The translations under genes were made by a program, and so were the position numbers. Positions 57,688-64,000 of a DNA stretch of 64,000 bases are shown here, piece by piece. The notes under the pieces were generated by a model. The model saw nothing but the letters and a program-made list of their open reading frames with translations, made no database searches and was not told the DNA's origin. Source of the DNA: Saprospiraceae bacterium (GTDB lineage: Bacteria; Bacteroidota; Bacteroidia; Chitinophagales; Saprospiraceae). The DNA lies in NCBI GenBank assembly GCA_965277445.1, contig CBDICY010000016.1, positions 441,604 to 505,603 on the forward strand. Direction: 5' to 3'. The stretch's first letter is position 1. Each line of letters begins with the position of its first letter.

Positions 57688-60600
57688 TTATCCAGTAATA
57701 CTACTAGCCGAAACCCCAAACTCCTCCTGAAAAACTTTAGAAAAATGCGCTAAATTCACAAAACCCGTTTCCCATGCCACTTCTGATACATTTAGCTCCC
57801 CTTTTTCTAATAAGGCTTTCGCTTTATTCAATCGGAAAGACCGTATATAAGCAGATGGAGAAGTATCGACCAATGCCTTTAATTTTCGGAACAACTGTGA
57901 TCGACTCATACCGATTTTTTGACAGAGTTGAGGTAAACCGAAGGTATTGTCTGCATAATGCTTTTCCAAGATAGCGTTGACTTTTTGTAAAAATTCATTT
58001 TCTACCGCTACAATCATTTGTGTCTCTGCATCTAGCGCAGCGGTATTTTCTATGATCTTTTCTTGGGGCTTTATAAAGTATTGCTGTAATTGTGCTTGCT
58101 TTTTCAATAAAGCTTCCAAACGAACGAGTAATTCTTCTTTGTTAAAGGGCTTAGATAAATAGGCATCTGCGCCTCTTTTTAGTCCTGCAATTTTAGAAGC
58201 GACATCTGCTTTGGCGGTCAATAAAATAAAAGGAATATGACTAGTCCGAGCCTCATTTTTGAGTATATCGCAAACTTCAAAACCATCTTTTTCGGGCATC
58301 ATCACATCACTAATGATTAAATCAGGGATATTTTCTAAGGCCTTTTCTACTCCAATTTTGCCATTATAAGCAATTTCCAATTGGTAAAAATCAGCTAAGC
58401 AGGATTTTAGATAAATGACGACATCTGGATTGTCTTCGATGATTAATAATTGGGGGAGTTGACCATTGGTAGGTTTTGTTTGCTCAAAGGTAATTGCTGC
58501 TGCTGAGGCGGACGTTATGGTATTTACTGTATGAGTAGTTTTAAAATTACTAATCGCCTCAATTTTTTCAATTAATTGAGCCGTATTTCGAATCGGTAAG
58601 TTGACTTTAAAAGAAGTACCTTTCCCTAATTCACTTTGCACGTCGATTTGTCCTTGCATCAATTTGACCAGTTCTTTGGTATGTGATAAGCCAATACCTG
58701 TACCTTCTCGCTTTCTAGTAATCGAGCCATCTACTTGGAAAAAGCGGTCAAATAAATAAGACATGTCTTTTTCGGCGATTCCGATGCCATTGTCTTCTAC
58801 TTCAACGGATAATTCATTTTCCTTTCTTTGTACCCGAACCATTACACTCCCACCTGAAACGGTAAATTTCAAAGCATTGGAAATCAAATTAGTCATGATT
58901 TGCTTAGTCTGTTCTATATCATAATCCATGACCAAATTTTCTACATTGCTAAAAAAACGTAGGGATAGATTTCTACTATTGGCAGTAGAATGAAAAGACT
59001 CCGTTAAATATTGTAAATAAGGAATGATGTCGGCCTGTTGGTACTGGAGTTGAAAGGCATTATTTTCTAGTTTGGAAAGGTCCAATAATTGATTAATCAA
59101 TTGCAGTAAATTCTGTCCATTGCGGCGAATGAGTAACAACCCATCCTGCAAAAACCGCTTTGGTTCTGCATGAATTTGATCTGCCATCCCCATGATAACA
59201 GTCAACGGTGTACGAAATTCATGGGTTAGATTGGTGTATAATTTGGTTTTAAAACTATCTAATTCTTTGAGGCGACTAGCTTCGGATTTTTCTAATTGCA
59301 ATTCGTATTGCAATTCTTGCCGTTTTAATAAGGTTCGATAAATAAGGTATAAAATGGTTAAGGTTAATAAAGCATAAATTGAATAGGCCCAATTGGTTCT
59401 CCACCAAGGCGGCAAAACGGTCATTTTAAGTTGTGTGCCTGTTTCATTCCAAACCCCATCATTATTACTCCCTTTGACTTGCAAGGTGTAATTACCCGAA
59501 TTTAAATTGGTAAACGTAATCTCTCTTTTTGTGCCAATATTGACCCAATTATCATTAAATCCGTCTAGTTTATAAGCATATTGATTTTCATTGGCTGCTT
59601 GAAAATTAAGGGCGGCAAATTGAAAAGCCACCATATTTTGTTGGTAGGAGAGGGTAATTTTTTCTTTATAATCAATTCCTGTAATATTGGTGGCTACCGT
59701 TTCCGTGGCTCCTTCTGTATAAATTTGTAACCCTGTGATAGCAACAGGTGGCACAAAATCATTTTCTCGGAGGTTATCTGGGTGAAAAATACTGATACCT
59801 TCCGTTCCACCAATATAAATTTGCCCTGTCTCCTTAGACTTTAAGAATGCGCTACTTCTAAAATTAGCATTTAATAATCCATCTTTTTCCGTATACAATT
59901 TTGTACTTCTAATGCTAGGATGATAATGCACAACCCCTTTTTTGGTACTTAACCATAATTGATTTTTTTCATCGACTTTGATACTTTCTATCTTTCCATC
60001 TAATAACCCATTTTCAGTTCTGACCGATGTAAAAGCCTGCTCATCATCTATCCATTTGTTTAAACCACTTTCTGTACCTATCCATAATTGTTGATGCTGA
60101 TCTTCCTGAATGGAGAGAATCTGATTGCCATTGACGGATTGTCGTTGTTGAATGTTATGTTGATAAATGGTAAAATTATCTTGCGCTCGATTGTATAAGT
60201 GTAAGCCATCAAGCGTTCCAAGCCAGATTTGTCCATTTTGTCTTTGGTAGAGACAAGTGACACGGGGATGATTTAGGCTAGTCGAATCTGTAGCATCGGG
60301 CAAATAGCGTTTAAAAATTCCTTGCTCAATTGCTGCTGCATCCGATAAAACGGATAAGCCTGTAGTCGTAGCTACCCAAATTTCTTGTTCTTGCGTCTCT
60401 AAGATTTGACTAATAAATTTGTCAGATAGGGTTGCATCGTTTTTATATTCATAACGCAAATACCGAAGGGTCGCATTTTTAGCATCATAAATAGTTAGCC
60501 CTCTTCCCCAAGTACCTAACCAAACATTATCTTTACTATCCTTATAAACCGTACCGTATTCTAAAGTAAGCAAGCCTTCTGGAAAAGATAAGGGATAAGG

Positions 60601-61845
60601 TGTGGGCTGAAAGGTTTTATTTGTTTTATCAAATAGTTGTAATCCTTGTCTTCTAGTACTCACCAAAAGGTGATTTTTATCTAATTCAATTAAACCAGTT
60701 ATCGGCGGGCGCTTTTTTTCTGTATTATCTGAATTAGCAATATTTGTAAAAGGGTTCTTTCGTGTCTGTAAATGAAAAAGCCCTGCCTCTATTGTGCCAA
60801 ACCAAATATCTCCTGCTCGGTCTAGTATAATTGGTTTGATGGTATTATGATTAGGATTAGAAAGACCAGGACGAAATTGTTCTAATAAAGTAAGGTGCTC
60901 GTCAAATATTCGAAGCCCCTTTTCTGCATAACTTCCACCTAATACATATTGCTTAGATGGAGTTGAAGCAAAACTAATAACGTGTTTTCCTAATTCGGTG
61001 CCTTCTCCCCAAAGTTGAGTTAATTGATTATCGGAGTCATACTGAAAGATTTTTCCACCTGCGATAACCCAAATGATTCCGTTTTCATCTTTTAATATAT
61101 CATCTGTAGTGAGCCCCAACCCCAATTGCTCCGTTGATCCTCTGACGGTAATTTGCTCAAAGGTTGCTTTTTTCTTATCAAAAAGCATCAATCCCATTCC
61201 CCAATAACCAATAATTAATTTTCCTGGCGCTGCTTCAAATATTTTGCTAATCACCTGTGAAGGTTTGGTTTCATAATACCTTACATGGGTGGCTTTGTGT
61301 TGATGTAATTGGAAAGTCTTATTGGTTGTATCAAATTTATTAAGCCCATTTTGCGTACCAAACCATAGTATACCTTCCGAATCTTCATAAATCGCTTGCA
61401 CTTGATTATGACTTAGGCTATTTGCTACCGTAGGGTCGTGTTGAAAATGTTGAAAAGTTTCGGTAATAGGGTCAAAAAGATTAACCCCTCCACTCGTTCC
61501 AATCCATAATTGTCCATTTCTATCCTCGAATAATTCATTAATGATATTATTACTTAAACTAGTGGTAACATTAGGCCGGTATTTAAAGTTCTTAAACTGG
61601 TAGCCATCAAACCTATTCAAGCCATCTTTTGTGCCTATCCATATATAACCTTTCTTATCTTGTAGTAGATCTGTTATAATATTATCTGATAAACCTTCAT
61701 TGATGGTGTATTGCCTAATAGGATACTGTTGTTTTTCTGAAAAAATAATTCGTTTATTCAGGGTAGTCTCCATTTGTGCGGACAAACTGATGGAGTTAAA
61801 AAATAGCAAGAGGCTTAGGATAGTGTGAAAATAATATTTCATCAA
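57688..61845 (-). CDS. Hybrid sensor histidine kinase/response regulator with Y_Y_Y beta-propeller sensor and AraC-type HTH
   Basis: Signal peptide, repeated two-component-regulator propeller repeats, TM, HisKA (LTHEFRTPLT), HATPase_c, receiver (IIEDNPDV...DVMMP) and a C-terminal HTH_AraC. Confidence 0.9.
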   Translation of the reverse strand: MMKYYFHTILSLLLFFNSISLSAQMETTLNKRIIFSEKQQYPIRQYTINEGLSDNIITDLLQDKKGYIWIGTKDGLNRFDGYQFKNFKYRPNVTTSLSNNIINELFEDRNGQLWIGTSGGVNLFDPITETFQHFQHDPTVANSLSHNQVQAIYEDSEGILWFGTQNGLNKFDTTNKTFQLHQHKATHVRYYETKPSQVISKIFEAAPGKLIIGYWGMGLMLFDKKKATFEQITVRGSTEQLGLGLTTDDILKDENGIIWVIAGGKIFQYDSDNQLTQLWGEGTELGKHVISFASTPSKQYVLGGSYAEKGLRIFDEHLTLLEQFRPGLSNPNHNTIKPIILDRAGDIWFGTIEAGLFHLQTRKNPFTNIANSDNTEKKRPPITGLIELDKNHLLVSTRRQGLQLFDKTNKTFQPTPYPLSFPEGLLTLEYGTVYKDSKDNVWLGTWGRGLTIYDAKNATLRYLRYEYKNDATLSDKFISQILETQEQEIWVATTTGLSVLSDAAAIEQGIFKRYLPDATDSTSLNHPRVTCLYQRQNGQIWLGTLDGLHLYNRAQDNFTIYQHNIQQRQSVNGNQILSIQEDQHQQLWIGTESGLNKWIDDEQAFTSVRTENGLLDGKIESIKVDEKNQLWLSTKKGVVHYHPSIRSTKLYTEKDGLLNANFRSSAFLKSKETGQIYIGGTEGISIFHPDNLRENDFVPPVAITGLQIYTEGATETVATNITGIDYKEKITLSYQQNMVAFQFAALNFQAANENQYAYKLDGFNDNWVNIGTKREITFTNLNSGNYTLQVKGSNNDGVWNETGTQLKMTVLPPWWRTNWAYSIYALLTLTILYLIYRTLLKRQELQYELQLEKSEASRLKELDSFKTKLYTNLTHEFRTPLTVIMGMADQIHAEPKRFLQDGLLLIRRNGQNLLQLINQLLDLSKLENNAFQLQYQQADIIPYLQYLTESFHSTANSRNLSLRFFSNVENLVMDYDIEQTKQIMTNLISNALKFTVSGGSVMVRVQRKENELSVEVEDNGIGIAEKDMSYLFDRFFQVDGSITRKREGTGIGLSHTKELVKLMQGQIDVQSELGKGTSFKVNLPIRNTAQLIEKIEAISNFKTTHTVNTITSASAAAITFEQTKPTNGQLPQLLIIEDNPDVVIYLKSCLADFYQLEIAYNGKIGVEKALENIPDLIISDVMMPEKDGFEVCDILKNEARTSHIPFILLTAKADVASKIAGLKRGADAYLSKPFNKEELLVRLEALLKKQAQLQQYFIKPQEKIIENTAALDAETQMIVAVENEFLQKVNAILEKHYADNTFGLPQLCQKIGMSRSQLFRKLKALVDTSPSAYIRSFRLNKAKALLEKGELNVSEVAWETGFVNLAHFSKVFQEEFGVSASSITG

Positions 61846-62167
61846 CTCGATTAAAAAGTAGTTTTGTTGGGAAAATGGTTTAAAGTCATCGCTTTTTATT
61901 AGAATTATTGGTCTTTAAAAAATAAAGCGCATCATAAAACGGTATTGGTTATACTTAAATGTGAAATTGTTTTGTCTTTAAGTACAAATAGTAGAGAGGA
62001 AGAAAAATGACTGATAAACCTATTTTAAAAACCTATTAATTTTGTGATAGTTGTAGGAAAGCCAAATATAAATAATAGCTTTAAGTATTAATAGATAAGC
62101 AATATTTTAATAAGCTTTTACTCCTTTAACGACTGAAATTAATTGGAACTAAATTAATATATTTTTT

Positions 62168-63234
62168 TAGATAATCAGATAAAGAATTAATAATTCGCAC
62201 GGTTGTTGAACTAGTTATATAAAAAATTATATGACTAAATTAGAAAGAAACAAATCGATTTATGAATGTCACAAGAAAGGTATGTCCCAAACAGAGATTG
62301 GCGAAATATTCTTTATTGGACAAAGTGCTGTTAGTCAGATAATTACAGCCATAAAAAATGGAGGTTTAGAAGAAGAAACAACAAAAACAGGCCCCAAATC
62401 AAGGCTAACGAATACAGAAAAAGAACAATTAAAATCACTTTTATTAGAATCACCAAAAGATTATGGTTTTTTCACATGGGATAAATGGAGTATAAAATCT
62501 TTGATTAAACAAGAATTTGAGGTCGATTACCACGAAAATTATATATGGTACTTAATGAAATGTATAAATTATACTTCTCAGAAACCGCAAGTGAAAGATT
62601 ACCGAAAAGATGCTGAAAAAGTAGAGGTTTTCAAATCAAAAACGGCAGTTGATATAAAAAAAAGCCGAAGATGAAAATAGGCGAATAATTTTTCAAGATG
62701 AATCAGCAGTACGTTTACTACCTTGTATAGCAAAGACTTATGCGCCAAAAGGTGAAACGCCCGAATTAGAATGCGATTCAAAAAACAAAGCATTTGTTAG
62801 TATATCAGGAGGAATTTCACCTGATGGCTATTCTTATTTTGAAATCAGGGAAAGCGAAGGCTTTAAACAACTAGGACTTACTCGATTTATAGATAATGTA
62901 GTAGCGGATTGTAGAGATAAAATATCCATGATATGGGATAATGCGCCTGCTCATCATTCAAAAACAATGAAAGCCTATTTGATGAATCAAAATCAAGATA
63001 ATCCGATTGTATGGTTAAGCAATATCCCACCATATAGCCCCGAATTTAACCCAATTGAACAAGTTTGGGGCTATTTGAAAAAGAAATTAGCCAATCAATT
63101 TGTAAAAACAACCAGCGAACTCAAAGAACTTGTCACAAAAACGCTAAATGAAATGAAAAATGACACGGAACTTATCAAGAGTTTTTTCAAACATCCAGAC
63201 ATGGCTTGTTATCAATTTTCTATCTGATTATCTA
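62168..63234 (+). mobile_element. IS630-family insertion sequence with TA target duplication and A8 slippery site
   Basis: TIRs tagataatcagata (left, 62168) and atctgattatcta (right, 63222-63234), TA on both flanks. The transposase is split at the aaaaaaaa run (62661-62668) between the HTH part (62231-62674) and the DDE part (~62650-63227). Confidence 0.75.
62231..63227 (+). CDS. IS630-family transposase (two frames joined by putative programmed frameshift)
   Basis: N-terminal HTH (GMSQTEIGEIF...) and DDE_3 (RIIFQDESAV...MIWDNAPAHHSK...YSPEFNPIEQVW). Confidence 0.7.
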
Positions 63235-63517
63235 TTGCTCAATAACTTATTTAATAACAACTCACTAAATATTTTATTAAACAATAATTGATATGCTTTT
63301 TCAGAATTATTGCATTTTTTTGTCCTTCGTTTACGTAGCGATTTTGTATAAATTGCATCCAATTATTTACAAATTGTAAGTATTGCTTTATAAAGAGAAG
63401 TGATACTTAAATTTAATGTATAAATAAAAGATTGATGTATGCTGTATTATAAGTTGCTTCAATCAGTATTGCAGATAACTCCTATCTGTTCTTTCTTTTT
63501 ACAAAAACCTTAAATTA

Positions 63518-64000
63518 TGCCAACACCAACCCCATTTTTTCAAATTCCATGGCGTTCCTTTTGTTTACTTTTAGTAACTGCTATTTTTCTTTTCTCCGCT
63601 TGTCAGAAAGAAACGCTCCAACAAACAAGTATTGAAGAAGTACCTGTAGAACAGCAGGAACTAAATGATGCGAAGTTACGCCAATTAGTTCTAACTCAAG
63701 CTTTTGATATTCCAACTACTAAAATGGAACACCCTAAAATGCAGCAACTGGCGAATGATTTTATTGATAATTTATCTTCGGAAGAACGGCGAATTCTACC
63801 AACCGAAATTCAAGCTTTACAAAAAGCACCATTGCCTACTACTGCTAGTAATAGAGGCGCACCGACTCCTCAAACTATTTCCGCTACTAGTAGCCTGCAA
63901 TTTGGGCAAAGCTTAGCTCAACAAGGAGATTTTTTATTTGTAGGGGATAATGGGGCGGTACATATTTACCATCAAAGTAATGGCAAATACACCGAGCAGC
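63518..64000 (+). CDS. Lipoprotein, N-terminal fragment (runs off the window)
   Basis: MPTPTPFFQIPWRSFCLLLVTAIFLFSAC has a lipobox, and the frame is open to position 64000. Confidence 0.5.

Overview
This is an AT-rich window (roughly 35-40% GC) that reads like a Bacteroidota chromosome: it has a giant protein ending in a T9SS C-terminal sorting domain, a hybrid Y_Y_Y sensor kinase with an AraC domain, a GxxExxY gene inside a tRNA cluster, and lipoproteins with Cys-containing signal peptides. Most of the 64 kb is ordinary housekeeping and accessory coding sequence. It includes an M20 dipeptidase, rlmF, a MetR-like LysR regulator with an aminotransferase/HIT-like/HAD operon, a MocR regulator, an Asp racemase, PhzF, a PLP decarboxylase, hemW, an SDR, VOC and M28 proteins, an MFS transporter and an IS630 element with an A8 slippery site.

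The unusual part is an RNA-centred island at about 25.1-36.8 kb. A divergent WYL-domain regulator sits next to a roughly 320-nt structured non-coding element, then a Ro60/TROVE+vWA (Rsr) gene with a clean terminator. After that comes a roughly 2.5-kb array of at least 11 tRNA-like modules. Seven of them are circularly permuted: T-arm, then a closed acceptor hairpin, then a D-arm. The acceptor hairpin shows compensatory base changes from unit to unit, the architecture expected of the tRNA-mimic domain of YrlA-type Y RNAs. The array also contains bona fide tRNA-Glu(TTC) and tRNA-Asp(GTC) genes and a GxxExxY gene. Downstream are an SPFH protein, a Uma2 endonuclease, an Rnl-family RNA ligase and a T4-like polynucleotide kinase-phosphatase.

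Several dispersed structured repeat families are also present: a REP-like palindrome, a 140-bp multi-hairpin element, CTATGTG-type repeats and ACAGGAT/ACAAGAT heptamer clusters.
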